In this document: positions 8,851 to 18,276 of the stretch, in pieces | Layout of the letters: every line of letters begins with the position of its first letter | Numbering within the stretch: position 1 is the stretch's first letter | Assembly: GCF_000008465.1 (NCBI RefSeq) | Contig: NC_006512.1 | Span: 2,220,001-2,252,000, forward strand | DNA: 32,000 bases | Origin: Idiomarina loihiensis L2TR | Lineage (GTDB): Bacteria; Pseudomonadota; Gammaproteobacteria; Enterobacterales; Alteromonadaceae | Direction: 5' to 3' | Notes under the pieces: model-generated | Told to the model about the DNA's origin: nothing | Seen by the model: the letters and a program-made list of their open reading frames with translations, nothing else | Database searches by the model: none | Position numbers and translations under genes: made by a program

Positions 8851-9930
8851 TTATAAAACAGATTGACCGTTTCTGACGAAACCTGGCTTAACTACCTTCA
8901 CCGGCATTTGTTTTTTACGCATTTCCACTTCCGCTGTATCACCAACACTTGATGGAACGCGAGCCATTGCAACTGAGAAACCAAGTGTAGGCGAGAATGT
9001 ACCAGAAGTGATGATACCTTCGCCACCCTCAACGGTTACTTTTTGACCGTGACGCAGTACACCTTTCTCTTCCATCACAAGGCCGACTAACTTGTCGTGA
9101 CCTTCAGCTTTTTTCTGCTCTAATGCTTTACGACCAATAAAGTCGCGATCAGCCGGTTCAAACGCTACGCTCCAGCCCATATTGGCTTCCAGCGGCGTGA
9201 TGTTCTCATCCATGTCCTGACCATACAGGTTCATGCCAGCTTCTAAGCGCAGTGTATCACGAGCACCCAGTCCACATGGAGCAACATCGGCTTTTAGCAA
9301 GTCATTCCACAGGGCTTCAAGCTGCTCAGCCGGAACCACAATTTCGTAGCCTTTTTCGCCGGTGTAACCTGTGGTCGCAATAAAGTAATCACCAACGTCT
9401 TTCCCGACAAAAGGCTTCATGCCGTCAATTTCTGCGTACTGCTCTGCGGTTAATACACCCTGGATTTTGTCAGCGGCTTTAGGGCCCTGCAAAGCCAGCA
9501 TACCCATGTCGTCACGCTCTTTGGTGGTGACATCAAAATCGGCCGCAACTTTTTCAATCCATGCCAGATCGCGGTCACGGGTTGCTGAGTTAACGACCAT
9601 GCGGTAGGCATTTTCTGAGAAGAAATACACAATAAGGTCATCAATAACACCGCCGTTTTCATTCAACATACTGGTGTATTGTGCTTTGCCTTCGGTTTTT
9701 AGCTTGGCAACGTCGTTAGCCAGCAGGTAACGCAAAAACGCCTGAGCCTGAGAGCCTTCTACGTCAACAATGGTCATGTGCGACACATCGAAAACACCGC
9801 AGTCACGGCGTACAGCATGGTGCTCTTCAATTTGTGAACCGTAGTTCAGCGGCATGTCCCAGCCGTGAAAATCAACCATCTTTGCACCCGCTTTTACGTG
9901 TGCTTCGTACAGTGGCGTTCTGCTACCCAT
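8851..9930 (-). CDS. gcvT: Aminomethyltransferase, glycine cleavage system T protein
   Basis: 359 aa with typical GcvT sequence; first gene of gcvTHP. Confidence 0.96.
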   Translation of the reverse strand: MGSRTPLYEAHVKAGAKMVDFHGWDMPLNYGSQIEEHHAVRRDCGVFDVSHMTIVDVEGSQAQAFLRYLLANDVAKLKTEGKAQYTSMLNENGGVIDDLIVYFFSENAYRMVVNSATRDRDLAWIEKVAADFDVTTKERDDMGMLALQGPKAADKIQGVLTAEQYAEIDGMKPFVGKDVGDYFIATTGYTGEKGYEIVVPAEQLEALWNDLLKADVAPCGLGARDTLRLEAGMNLYGQDMDENITPLEANMGWSVAFEPADRDFIGRKALEQKKAEGHDKLVGLVMEEKGVLRHGQKVTVEGGEGIITSGTFSPTLGFSVAMARVPSSVGDTAEVEMRKKQMPVKVVKPGFVRNGQSVL

Positions 9931-10071
9931 ACCGTGTTCCTTTTCTGTTCACTTTATGTGCGTGTGTATGGGCGCAAATTATAGGCGTGATTCGTTTAAA
10001 CTTAAAATCAATAATGCTTATAATGGTATTAATTTTTCAAATACCCAGCAATGACTTTATAAAGCGAACCA

Positions 10072-10914
10072 ATGAAACATTTATCCTTAGAAGCCTTACG
10101 CAGTTTTAGTGCAGTGATTGAGCTGGGCAGTATGACACTTGCCGGCGAACGCATGGGGCGCTCTCAGCCTGCTATTAGTCTGCAGCTTAAAAAGCTGGAG
10201 CAGCAACTGGGCGTTGAACTACTAACGCGCCAGGGCAGCGGCTTTGCTCTTACCGCCGACGGTGACGTGCTGTTTGACTACGCGCAGCGAATGTTGGCGC
10301 TGAATGATCAGGCCTGGGCGCAGTTCGAACCGCAACAGGTTAGCGGTAAAGTTAGGCTGGGTATTACCAGTGAATTCGCGTCCAGTCTGTTGCCCAAAGT
10401 GCTGGGTCAGTTTGCTCAGGTTTACCCACAGGTGACGCTGCAGGTGACTTCGGCGTTGAGTAAAGACTTACTGTCCGGACTAGGGCAACAGTTTGATATT
10501 ATTCTGGCACTGCGCGAACAGACCAATAAAAGTGACGTTTTGATTCAGCGCGAAGAGTTGGTTTGGGTGGGCTTACCTGGCTTATTAGAGCAACCCGGCT
10601 GGCCTATGGTAGTTGCTCCTGAAGGCTGTATTTATCGTCGCAGGGCAGAACAAAGCTTACAAAGGGCGCATCAGCCTTATCGTATCACTTATACCAATAC
10701 AGACTTCTCGGGACTGACTGCAGCATTGAACAGCGGACTAGGCATTACCGTTCTGGCTAAAAGTACGGTACCGAAGGATATTCCCATATTGGAAAGTTTT
10801 TCTGATAACAAACCCTTACCCAACCCCGGCTCTGTAAACGTCATTATGCGTCTGGCCGGCGGTGCCTCAAGCGCTGCCTCTCAATTAGCCGACTACCTGA
10901 AAGCGCGGATTTGA
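10072..10914 (+). CDS. LysR-family transcriptional regulator, divergent from gcvTHP
   Basis: N-terminal LysR HTH (SFSAVIELGSMTLAGERMGRSQPAISLQLKKLEQQLG) plus a C-terminal substrate-binding domain. It is divergently placed 141 nt from gcvT. A role as gcv regulator is only inferred from position. Confidence 0.88.
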   Translation: MKHLSLEALRSFSAVIELGSMTLAGERMGRSQPAISLQLKKLEQQLGVELLTRQGSGFALTADGDVLFDYAQRMLALNDQAWAQFEPQQVSGKVRLGITSEFASSLLPKVLGQFAQVYPQVTLQVTSALSKDLLSGLGQQFDIILALREQTNKSDVLIQREELVWVGLPGLLEQPGWPMVVAPEGCIYRRRAEQSLQRAHQPYRITYTNTDFSGLTAALNSGLGITVLAKSTVPKDIPILESFSDNKPLPNPGSVNVIMRLAGGASSAASQLADYLKARI

Positions 10915-10922
10915 ACATCTCA

Positions 10923-10944
10923 CCTGACGTGAACGTCAGGCTAC
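10923..10944. repeat. REP-like hairpin CCTGACG-TGAA-CGTCAGG followed by CTAC
   Basis: 7-bp stem, 9 nt after the LysR stop. Member of the GTCAGGCTAC hairpin family. Confidence 0.6.
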
Positions 10945-10964
10945 GAGAGCTGAGCTACGGAATA

Positions 10965-11089
10965 GGTGGCGCCTATGGTTGGTACGTACTGGTCAGGGAG
11001 TGTGCAGCGCCATGGATGGCGCTGCCCAAGCCCCCCAGGGATGGGTTCACGGGCGGCTCCCAGACCAGTATGTAGCAACCACCGCCACC
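10965..11089. repeat. GC-rich nested inverted-repeat element (MITE/BIME-like or structured RNA) between convergent genes
   Basis: The outer arms are GGTGGCGCCTATGGTTGGTACGTACTGGTCAGGGAG (10965..11000) and CTCCCAGACCAGTATGTAGCAACCACCGCCACC (11057..11089). About 29 of 33 positions are complementary, with one 3-nt gap. The inner sequence CAGCGCCAT-GG-ATGGCGCTG (11005..11024) has a 9-bp stem. The right arm ends on the first base of the ubiI stop codon. Confidence 0.65.
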
Positions 11090-12267
11090 TAGCCCAGAGC
11101 CACTTCGGCTAGCTTGCGTTTTAAAAAGGTGAGTTTGTTTGGCAGTGCGAAAGCCAGGGCTCGTAGGCCTTTTACTACTGGGTTTGCTGTGCCGAAACCG
11201 CGTTTGAACGTTTCCATTGCGGCTATCATTAACTGAGTGTCGGCTTTGCGCTCGCGCTGATACGTACTCAGCGAGCGGTGCAATTGCGCCAGCGAGGATA
11301 AATCCACACCCTCAAGTTTCTCGGTTAAGGCTTTCACGTCACCAAAACCTAAGTTTGCGCCCTGCCCGGCCAGCGGATGAATGGTGTGAGCCGCGTCGCC
11401 AGCCAAAACAATACGATGCTGATACCATTGGCGAGCGTACTGCATTCTAAGCGGGAAGGCTTTTATATCAGAAACACACTCGCAACCGCCTAATACCCGC
11501 CCTGACTCTGTTTCCACCTGTTTAGCAAAGCGCTCAGCGGGCTCATTAAGCAAGTTTCTGGCGAGAGCTTCATCGGCAGACCAGACAATGGAAACCGTAT
11601 GGGAGTCAGGCGTTGGCAAAAGCGCCAGCGGCCCGGTAGGTAAAAACACCTGACGAGCCACGCCATTGTGCGGTTGTTCGGTGCGAATGTTGGCCACAAT
11701 GCCTTGCTGCCCGTAGTCCCAGAAGGAAATTGGTAATTCAGCATACTGGCGCACTTTCGAACGGCCACCGTCAGCTCCAATTATAAGATCAGCTGACAGT
11801 AACCACTCACCAACTTCTATTTCTGCGGGGTGAGACTCATCGCCGCCGTGAACCATTGTCCACTGCTGCGTCTGCAATATCTCAACACCTGCCTGCTCGG
11901 CACGTTGCCACAGAAAATGCTCCACCACGTTGTTTTCAACTATAGCGCCTAGATCTTCGGCGTTAATTTCCTTTGCTGAAAACTCAATGTGTGCCGGGCT
12001 GTCTTTGTCCCACACTTGCATGCTCTGGTAGGGGCCGCTTCGGTGTTCCTGCACTAAAGGCCAGGCTCCGCAGTCTTTTAATACGCTGCGACTGCGATCA
12101 TTCAATGCGCTCACCCGTAAAGCCAGCTCTTCAGAAAGTTCAGGCTGCGAATGTCTTTCCAGCACCATCACTCGCCGGTTCTGTTGAGCCAGGCGTATCG
12201 CCAGGCTCAGACCAATCATGCCGCCACCAACAATCACAACATCTAACTTTTTGCGTTTCATGGTCAT
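11089..12267 (-). CDS. ubiI: FAD-dependent 2-octaprenylphenol hydroxylase (UbiH/UbiF/VisC/COQ6 family)
   Basis: Motifs VVIVGGGMIGL, FWDY, VARQVF and GDAAHTIHPLAGQGANLGF. It sits directly after ubiH, as E. coli visC/ubiI does. I place the start at the ATG 12267 (MTMKRKK), which gives an ATGA overlap with the ubiH stop. The ORF-track N-terminal extension was rejected. Confidence 0.8.
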   Translation of the reverse strand: MTMKRKKLDVVIVGGGMIGLSLAIRLAQQNRRVMVLERHSQPELSEELALRVSALNDRSRSVLKDCGAWPLVQEHRSGPYQSMQVWDKDSPAHIEFSAKEINAEDLGAIVENNVVEHFLWQRAEQAGVEILQTQQWTMVHGGDESHPAEIEVGEWLLSADLIIGADGGRSKVRQYAELPISFWDYGQQGIVANIRTEQPHNGVARQVFLPTGPLALLPTPDSHTVSIVWSADEALARNLLNEPAERFAKQVETESGRVLGGCECVSDIKAFPLRMQYARQWYQHRIVLAGDAAHTIHPLAGQGANLGFGDVKALTEKLEGVDLSSLAQLHRSLSTYQRERKADTQLMIAAMETFKRGFGTANPVVKGLRALAFALPNKLTFLKRKLAEVALG

Positions 12268-13430
12268 GGTTTCATCCCCATGGTTAAGCGTGCAAAGGCG
12301 GATTTCAGCGGCGAACAATGCTGCAGTAACATCAGCGCACTATTGCGACCCACAACGGTGGGTAAATAATGGTTGGAGAAACCACGCACCAGGCCGTCGG
12401 TCAGCTTAATAATGGCCTGATAGTCGCGTTCGCGGTTCTGCTCGTAGCCTTGTAAAACGCGGAAATTACCGGGGTCATCGGTTGTTGCCAGTACTTCACA
12501 TAAAACTTCGGTGTCCCGCAGGCCCAGATTAAACCCCTGCCCGGCAATGGGGTGTAAGGCATGCGAGGCGTTACCAATAATAACACTGCGGTGATGGGTT
12601 GAGCGTTTAGCCCGGCGTAAAATAAGCGGATAAAAAACGCGTTTTGACACACCAGAGAATAAACCGGCGCGGTAGCCAAAGGCCTGCTGACAACGGTGTA
12701 AAAATTCGGTATCTGACCATTGTTCGGCGGCTTCACGCTGCTTTTCGGTAAAGCTCCACACCAATGAGGCCTGCGAATTCTGCATAGGCAACAAAGCAAT
12801 GGGTCCGGCTTCGGTAAAACGCTCAAAAGCCCAGCCATCTAAGGGCTGTTTCATGTCTAAGGTGGCAATGCAGCCAAACTGACCGTAGTCGTAGGTATCG
12901 GATTTTAATTCTAGCTGTTCGCGCACTAACGAGTTCTGGCCGTCGGCGCCAATCAGCAATTTGGCCTGCAATTTCTGTGCGTTATCCAGAGTGAGTTCCA
13001 CGTAATCCTGCTGCTGTTGCAGTGACTCCAGTCGCACACCGGACAACCAGTTTAAATTAGGCTGCTGCTGGCAACTGAGGTACAAGTTATTCACCAGCTC
13101 TGAAGCCGAAACAACTCGGCCTAAGGCTTCAACCTTTTCATACTCCGCATGCAATTCGGCGGCTCCCGCAAAACCGCGATCCGAAATGTGAATGTGTTTT
13201 ATTGGCGTGCTGTCAATGCCATCGAGCGCGCCAAGGCTTTGTAACCGCTTTGCTGAGGCAGCTGCCAGCGCAATAATGCGTTTGTCGGCAGGCGGACCTT
13301 CGGCTCGCGGTTCACACACCACAATACGCCAGTCCGGCCGCTGCTGCGCCAGCATTAAGCCGGTTAAGGCACCCACTAAGCTGCCCCCGGCTATAACCAC
13401 ATCAGCCTGAGTTACTGGCTTTTCATCCAT
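12264..13430 (-). CDS. ubiH: 2-octaprenyl-6-methoxyphenol hydroxylase
   Basis: 388 aa with FERFTEAGPIALLPM and GNASHALHPIAGQGFNLGLRD. Lies within the ygfB-pepP-ubiH-ubiI synteny. Confidence 0.85.
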   Translation of the reverse strand: MDEKPVTQADVVIAGGSLVGALTGLMLAQQRPDWRIVVCEPRAEGPPADKRIIALAAASAKRLQSLGALDGIDSTPIKHIHISDRGFAGAAELHAEYEKVEALGRVVSASELVNNLYLSCQQQPNLNWLSGVRLESLQQQQDYVELTLDNAQKLQAKLLIGADGQNSLVREQLELKSDTYDYGQFGCIATLDMKQPLDGWAFERFTEAGPIALLPMQNSQASLVWSFTEKQREAAEQWSDTEFLHRCQQAFGYRAGLFSGVSKRVFYPLILRRAKRSTHHRSVIIGNASHALHPIAGQGFNLGLRDTEVLCEVLATTDDPGNFRVLQGYEQNRERDYQAIIKLTDGLVRGFSNHYLPTVVGRNSALMLLQHCSPLKSAFARLTMGMKP

Positions 13431-14734
13431 TCTTCAATCTCTTCAATGGTTTTTGGTACGCCCGCGGTCATGTTGTCAAAGCCATCGGCTGTTACTACCA
13501 GGTCATCTTCTATACGAATGCCAATGCCGCGCCACTTTTCATCAACCTCGGCGTCTTCCGGAATATAAATGCCCGGCTCTACCGTCAGCACCATGCCGGG
13601 CTTAAAGGAAACCGGCTCGCCTTCACTGTTGCGATAACGCCCCACATCGTGAACGTCCAGACCCAGCCAGTGGCCTAACCCGTGAATAAAATAGGTTTTC
13701 CAGCGCTGCTCTTTGAAGTTCTCTTCAGCGTCACCGGTTAAAATACCAAGCTCCGTCAGACCGTCGCTAATGACCCGCGCTGCGGCTTCGCTCGCATTAA
13801 CCAGGTTACTGCCGGGTTTTATTTCAGCAAAGGCGGCCTGCTGGGCTTTCAGCACTAAATTGTAAAGTATGCTCTGTGGCTCACTGAACTTTCCATTCAC
13901 CGGGAAGGTGCGGGTAATATCGGCGGCATAGCCCTGATATTCCGCACCGGCATCCACCAGCAGTAAATCGCCGTCATGCAGAACGTCTCGGTTGTCGGTG
14001 TAATGCAAAATGCAGGCGTTTGCACCGCCGCCGCTAATAATGCCATACGCCGGATGCAAAGCGCCGTTCATAGCAAACTCGTGATGCAACTCCGCCGCTA
14101 CCTGATACTCGTGTTTACCGTCTTCGACAAAACGCATAATGCGACGAAACGCCTGCGTGCTAATACGTGCCGCTTCTTTCATTACCGCTATTTCTGCGGC
14201 TGACTTAATTAAACGCATGGCGTCCAGGTCAGGCCGTAAATCAGACAAGCTTTGAGGCGCCAGCTTACCGCTTCGTCTGGCTTTAACACTCACTTCGTCA
14301 CGAGCCTCGCTGACTAACTCGGCCAGCATTGAGTCTTCGCCCATGGGGTAAAAAACCGATTCAATGCCCTGCAACAATTCGGGTAAGCGCTCGGGCAAGG
14401 TATCTAGGTCTTCTGCGCTGTCGACAGCTAAGGCTTCAACGGCATTTTCATAACCCAGACGCAAGCCATGCCAGACTTCGTGCTTCGGGTCCTTGTCCTG
14501 ACAGAATAAAACACTGCGTGGGTTGCTGTCGTTGATCAGCAGCAATACAGCGTCCGGTTCGTTAAAACCGGTTAAATAGAAAAAGTCGCTGTTTTGCCGG
14601 AACGGAAACTCGGTATCGTTGCTACGGGTAACTTCACTGCTGGCTGCAACCAGTGCCAGTGAGTTTGGCGGCAACAATTGCAATAACTGCTGCCGGCGCT
14701 GGTTAAATTCGTCCTGCGGAATAACGTCTTTCAT
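13412..14734 (-). CDS. pepP: Xaa-Pro aminopeptidase (aminopeptidase P)
   Basis: Close resemblance to E. coli PepP along its whole length (FRQNSDFFYLTGFNEPDAV, HGLGHWLGLDVHDVG, GIRIEDD). The ATG at 14734 is preceded by GAGG. The ORF-track start at 14746 is a TTG extension. Confidence 0.93.
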   Translation of the reverse strand: MKDVIPQDEFNQRRQQLLQLLPPNSLALVAASSEVTRSNDTEFPFRQNSDFFYLTGFNEPDAVLLLINDSNPRSVLFCQDKDPKHEVWHGLRLGYENAVEALAVDSAEDLDTLPERLPELLQGIESVFYPMGEDSMLAELVSEARDEVSVKARRSGKLAPQSLSDLRPDLDAMRLIKSAAEIAVMKEAARISTQAFRRIMRFVEDGKHEYQVAAELHHEFAMNGALHPAYGIISGGGANACILHYTDNRDVLHDGDLLLVDAGAEYQGYAADITRTFPVNGKFSEPQSILYNLVLKAQQAAFAEIKPGSNLVNASEAAARVISDGLTELGILTGDAEENFKEQRWKTYFIHGLGHWLGLDVHDVGRYRNSEGEPVSFKPGMVLTVEPGIYIPEDAEVDEKWRGIGIRIEDDLVVTADGFDNMTAGVPKTIEEIEEWMKSQ

Positions 14735-14758
14735 CAACGACCTCAACTCCGTCAGTAA

Positions 14759-15325
14759 TTAATGTAAAGTTTTAGGCGGCTGGTTCGCGGGCTGTTCTTT
14801 TCGGCCTAACTCGGTGTAACACATCATGGCTGAAATACGCAGATACTCGACAATTTCGGTGTAGGCTCGTTCTTCTTCCTCATCACCGTCATCGGTAAAT
14901 TCTATTTTTGCCAGCTCGACCATGTCTTCAATGGCTTCTTTTAAGTCACCACTTAAGTTGGTCATATTTTCCTGATTAACACCATAGCCCACTAAAAAGG
15001 CGTTAACCCAGCCAGCCAGTGCGCTTAAGCGGTCAGACAACGGTGTGGTGTCTTCAGGTAACAACAAGCGGTAGCCTAAATCTTCATCGCCCAGCGAGTG
15101 TTCAATTTCTTCGGCCTGCTGTTGCAGCAAGTTCTCCAGCTCGACGGGCAAGCCCTGGCCGTCGTATGCCAGGTCTGACATTAATATCATTAATTCATTG
15201 CTTTTGGCGTCACTACCGGTGGCTATTAGCCCGGTTAACATGCCCTGCACTTCCGACGCACTTGGCGTCATATCGTATTGTGCGTAAAGCTCAACTAAAC
15301 GGTCATAATTAAAACGAGTCGACAT
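14759..15325 (-). CDS. ygfB: UPF0149 family protein YgfB
   Basis: 188 aa, acidic, in the conserved position upstream of pepP and divergent from zapA. Confidence 0.8.
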   Translation of the reverse strand: MSTRFNYDRLVELYAQYDMTPSASEVQGMLTGLIATGSDAKSNELMILMSDLAYDGQGLPVELENLLQQQAEEIEHSLGDEDLGYRLLLPEDTTPLSDRLSALAGWVNAFLVGYGVNQENMTNLSGDLKEAIEDMVELAKIEFTDDGDEEEERAYTEIVEYLRISAMMCYTELGRKEQPANQPPKTLH

Positions 15326-15458
15326 TCACATTCTGCCTTTGGTTAATCTTGCCCTAATCCTAACACTGGCTTTACGTAATCGCTAGCTGACAAACACCGG
15401 TAGCTCATGCCATAATGCCGTTATCAACGCTGTTGAGTCAGTTGCAAGGAGTCTTTGA

Positions 15459-15770
15459 ATGACCGCAAAAACCATGGATATAAAATTGCTGGAACGTAAT
15501 TACAAGGTCGCTTGCCCCATTGGGCAGGAGAGTGCGTTACAGCAAGCGGCGGATGCGCTTAATGAAAGGCTTGAAGAAACCAAAGAACGGACCCAACTGA
15601 CCAATGTGGAACAGATAGCAGTAATGACAGCCCTGAATTTGTGTCATGAATGGATTCAGGATCAAAATGAACAGTCTGCAAAAACTGCTAAACTGGAAGA
15701 GAAAATTCAGTTGCTTCAGGCAACCATTGAACAGGCTATGAGTGAGCAACGCTCACAACGTAATCGTTAA
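15459..15770 (+). CDS. zapA: Cell division protein ZapA
   Basis: 103 aa that aligns by eye with E. coli ZapA (NYKVACP..ALQQAADALNERLEETKERT). It is followed by ssrS, as in enterics. Confidence 0.9.
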   Translation: MTAKTMDIKLLERNYKVACPIGQESALQQAADALNERLEETKERTQLTNVEQIAVMTALNLCHEWIQDQNEQSAKTAKLEEKIQLLQATIEQAMSEQRSQRNR

Positions 15771-15806
15771 CGGTTAACCTAAAGCAACAATGTAAACCCT
15801 TTTGCG

Positions 15807-15993
15807 GTTTCCTGGGGTGTTTGCCAGCAGGCTTATGTCCCTGAGCCGATGCTTGTATTAAAAGGGGATCACTGGCCTGCCATGAGCAAGCCCGGCTTGA
15901 ACCGGGAAGCCTACGGCAGATACCATTTGCTCCCCGCCTTGAACCAATGGGTTCAAGGGCTACAGCCAGCAGCGGCACCTTGGGAAGCCACCC
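15807..15993 (+). ncRNA. ssrS: 6S RNA
   Basis: Recognisable blocks shared with E. coli 6S RNA are GUCCCUGAGCCGAU, GAGCAAGCCCGGCUUGAACCGGGAAGCCU and CCUUGAACCAAUGGGUUCAAGGGCUACAGCC. The 5' UUUCCUGGGGUG pairs with the 3' CACCUUGGGAAG closing stem. It sits directly downstream of zapA. The ends are approximate (plus or minus 5 nt). Confidence 0.9.
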
Positions 15994-17565
15994 TCATTTT
16001 TGGCGATCCGCCTTTTCTTCAGCAACAATGGCTTTAACGTCCTGCAACAGTTGCTGAGCATCGAAAATAATACCGTCTTTAATGGTATACTGAATACCTT
16101 CGGTACGCATTGGCTGATTATTATCATCCAGTTTAAAATGCCCGGTGCCATACAGCACTTTAAAGTTGTCCATCGGGTTTTCGTTCACAATGACCATATC
16201 GGCTTTTTTACCAATGGCCACTGAACCAATGTCGTCTTCCATATTCAGTGCTTCGGCACCTGCCAGGCTGGCAGCATGAATAACCTCTAACGCGTTTAAA
16301 CCCGCTTCACGCAGTAATTCCAGTTCACGGATGTAACCAAAGCCATAAATTTTGTAGATGTAGCCTGAATCCGAGCCGGTGGTAATACGGCCACCGTTTT
16401 CATGGAAGTCCTTCAAAAACGTCATCCATTTCTGATAGTTCTTTTTCCAGGCAATTTCGTTGTCCGTGGTCCAGTCAAACCAGTACGAACCATGCGCATA
16501 GCGGCTGGGTTCAAAAAAGTCCCATAACCGGGGCAGAGTATATTCGTCATGCCAAATGGCCTGACGCTCACGCATTAGGTCACGCGAGGCTTCGTAAATG
16601 GTTAAGGTGGGGTTAATGGTAAAGTCGAGTTCAATGAGTTCGTCACGCACCGCGTTCCATTTTTCAGAGCCCGGCTCTGCCGCCTGCTTCCATAAGCGCC
16701 CGGCTTCTTCAAAACGGTTTTGTTCGTTGTTGTAATTATAATCTGCCGGGTAGTCCTGCACGCGCTGCTCTTCAAACAAGGCTTCCGGCAAACCATACCA
16801 ATGCTCCATTGAGGTTAAGCCTGAACGTGCTGAATCTAATGCGTTCATTGACATCACATTAAGCTGCGCATGATGCATCATAGTGCCTAAGCCCTGCTTG
16901 TTGGCTTCGTCCAGCGCCGCTTCCATAACCTTACGCGAAGCACCGAAAAACTTAATGCCTTTTGCGCCCTGGTCTTTTATATAACGAACCCACTCGCGTG
17001 CCTGTTCGCCATTATAAATGGGCTTATCCCAGCCTTGTCCAAAACCAACGTAGGGAATAATTCGCGGCGACGTAATGCGGTTGTCCGCAGCGCGTTTCTC
17101 ATGCCACTGAACCCAGTCCAGGCCATTAAAACTGCCCGGCTCTCGAATGGTGGTAATACCATGTCCTAACCATAGCTTCAGCACGTATTCCGCCGGAATG
17201 CCTTTTGCCGAGCCGCCAATGTGCCCGTGCATATCGACAAAGCCGGGCAGAATGTATTTGCCGCTGACATCCAGTTCTTTGTCGTTAGCGCCCGCTTCGG
17301 GCCGCCCTTCCGGCTTAATTGGCACGCCTGGGTTACCCACGCTGACAATATTCACAATACGGTCGTTCTCAATGACAATATCCACCGGGCCAAATGGCGG
17401 CGCACCTTCACCGTTAATTAATGTGCCGCCACGTAAAACAAGGCGTTCGTATGGACCTTCGCCACGGTCACGTTCCGGGGCTTTAGGTGGCGCTTGCACA
17501 GCATAGGCTGCAACCGTAAAAGCCATGGCAACCATGGCTAAAGCTATCGTTTTTATTGTTTTCAT
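15994..17565 (-). CDS. Secreted metal-dependent amidohydrolase family protein
   Basis: 523 aa with a signal peptide (MKTIKTIALAMVAMAFTVAAYA) and a GFVDMHGH metal-binding motif typical of the amidohydrolase superfamily. GAGGA SD present. Substrate unknown. Confidence 0.85.
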   Translation of the reverse strand: MKTIKTIALAMVAMAFTVAAYAVQAPPKAPERDRGEGPYERLVLRGGTLINGEGAPPFGPVDIVIENDRIVNIVSVGNPGVPIKPEGRPEAGANDKELDVSGKYILPGFVDMHGHIGGSAKGIPAEYVLKLWLGHGITTIREPGSFNGLDWVQWHEKRAADNRITSPRIIPYVGFGQGWDKPIYNGEQAREWVRYIKDQGAKGIKFFGASRKVMEAALDEANKQGLGTMMHHAQLNVMSMNALDSARSGLTSMEHWYGLPEALFEEQRVQDYPADYNYNNEQNRFEEAGRLWKQAAEPGSEKWNAVRDELIELDFTINPTLTIYEASRDLMRERQAIWHDEYTLPRLWDFFEPSRYAHGSYWFDWTTDNEIAWKKNYQKWMTFLKDFHENGGRITTGSDSGYIYKIYGFGYIRELELLREAGLNALEVIHAASLAGAEALNMEDDIGSVAIGKKADMVIVNENPMDNFKVLYGTGHFKLDDNNQPMRTEGIQYTIKDGIIFDAQQLLQDVKAIVAEEKADRQK

Positions 17566-17615
17566 CGGTTATCCTCAGACCATTCTTCAGCGTTTTTCTA
17601 AAAGCAGACTCTAGC

Positions 17616-18203
17616 ATGACCCGACACAATCTCCGACGCAAGTTACAGCAGATTCGCCGCAATTTACCCGCCGAACAGCAACAGACGGCGGCGCGCGAGG
17701 TTGCCAACAGACTGCAACAGCGTTTAAGTCATCTGCAACCAGAACAAACCACAGTAGCCGTATATAAAAGTTTTGACGGTGAACTGCCGACCTTTCCCGT
17801 TATTGAAACACTGTGGCAACTAGGGTTTAACACCGTTTTGCCGGTGCTTCACCCTTTTGCTAAAGGTCATTTGCTGTTTTTACGCTATACTCCTGATACC
17901 CCAATGACGCTCAACAAGTACGGTATTCAGGAACCTGAATTAAACGTACAGAACATGGTGCCGCTATCGAACATTCAGATACTACTGATGCCGCTTGTCG
18001 GATTCGATCAAAACGGAAACCGGCTGGGTATGGGCGGCGGCTATTATGATCGCACTCTGGCTCAATGGCATAATGGCAACAGACCGAATTTATTTCCTAT
18101 CGGGTTAAGTTATAACCAGCAACAGGTTGAGCACATTCCTGTCGAGAGCTGGGACATTCCATTGCCGGAAGTGATAACACCGGCAAAACACTGGCGTTTC
18201 TGA
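17616..18203 (+). CDS. ygfA: 5-formyltetrahydrofolate cyclo-ligase
   Basis: GMGGGYYDR motif, size about 195 aa, and the conserved neighbourhood with zapA/ssrS. The start is moved to the ATG at 17616, because the ORF-track start at 17556 overlaps the divergent amidohydrolase start. Confidence 0.85.
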   Translation: MTRHNLRRKLQQIRRNLPAEQQQTAAREVANRLQQRLSHLQPEQTTVAVYKSFDGELPTFPVIETLWQLGFNTVLPVLHPFAKGHLLFLRYTPDTPMTLNKYGIQEPELNVQNMVPLSNIQILLMPLVGFDQNGNRLGMGGGYYDRTLAQWHNGNRPNLFPIGLSYNQQQVEHIPVESWDIPLPEVITPAKHWRF

Positions 18204-18276
18204 AGCAAAGAAACGTCGATAAAAACCAACAAATTCCTTATACTGGCGTATAAAAAACAAACGGAGAAAAACGCTC

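Noticed and set aside
9931-10071. Looked for a glycine riboswitch in the gcvT leader
   Set aside because: The 141-nt leader is AT-rich and lacks the conserved GGAGAG / CACCG / CTCTGGAGAG-type cores. Only TATAAT-like -10 boxes on both strands are visible, which fits protein (LysR-type) control.
9834-10109. 91-aa plus-strand ORF spanning the gcvT start and the LysR start
   Set aside because: It overlaps two well-supported genes and the promoter region, and its sequence is low-complexity and hydrophobic.
11217-13410. Alternative-frame ORFs inside ubiI/ubiH (11217..11450, 11490..11780, 11973..12287, 12218..12409, 12401..12838, 13192..13410)
   Set aside because: They are shadow ORFs within conserved flavin monooxygenase genes, with no start signals.
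15736-16151. ORFs overlapping the 6S RNA locus (15736..15978 minus, 15849..16037 plus, 15960..16151 minus)
   Set aside because: The region is explained by a confidently identified 6S RNA and the amidohydrolase 3' end.
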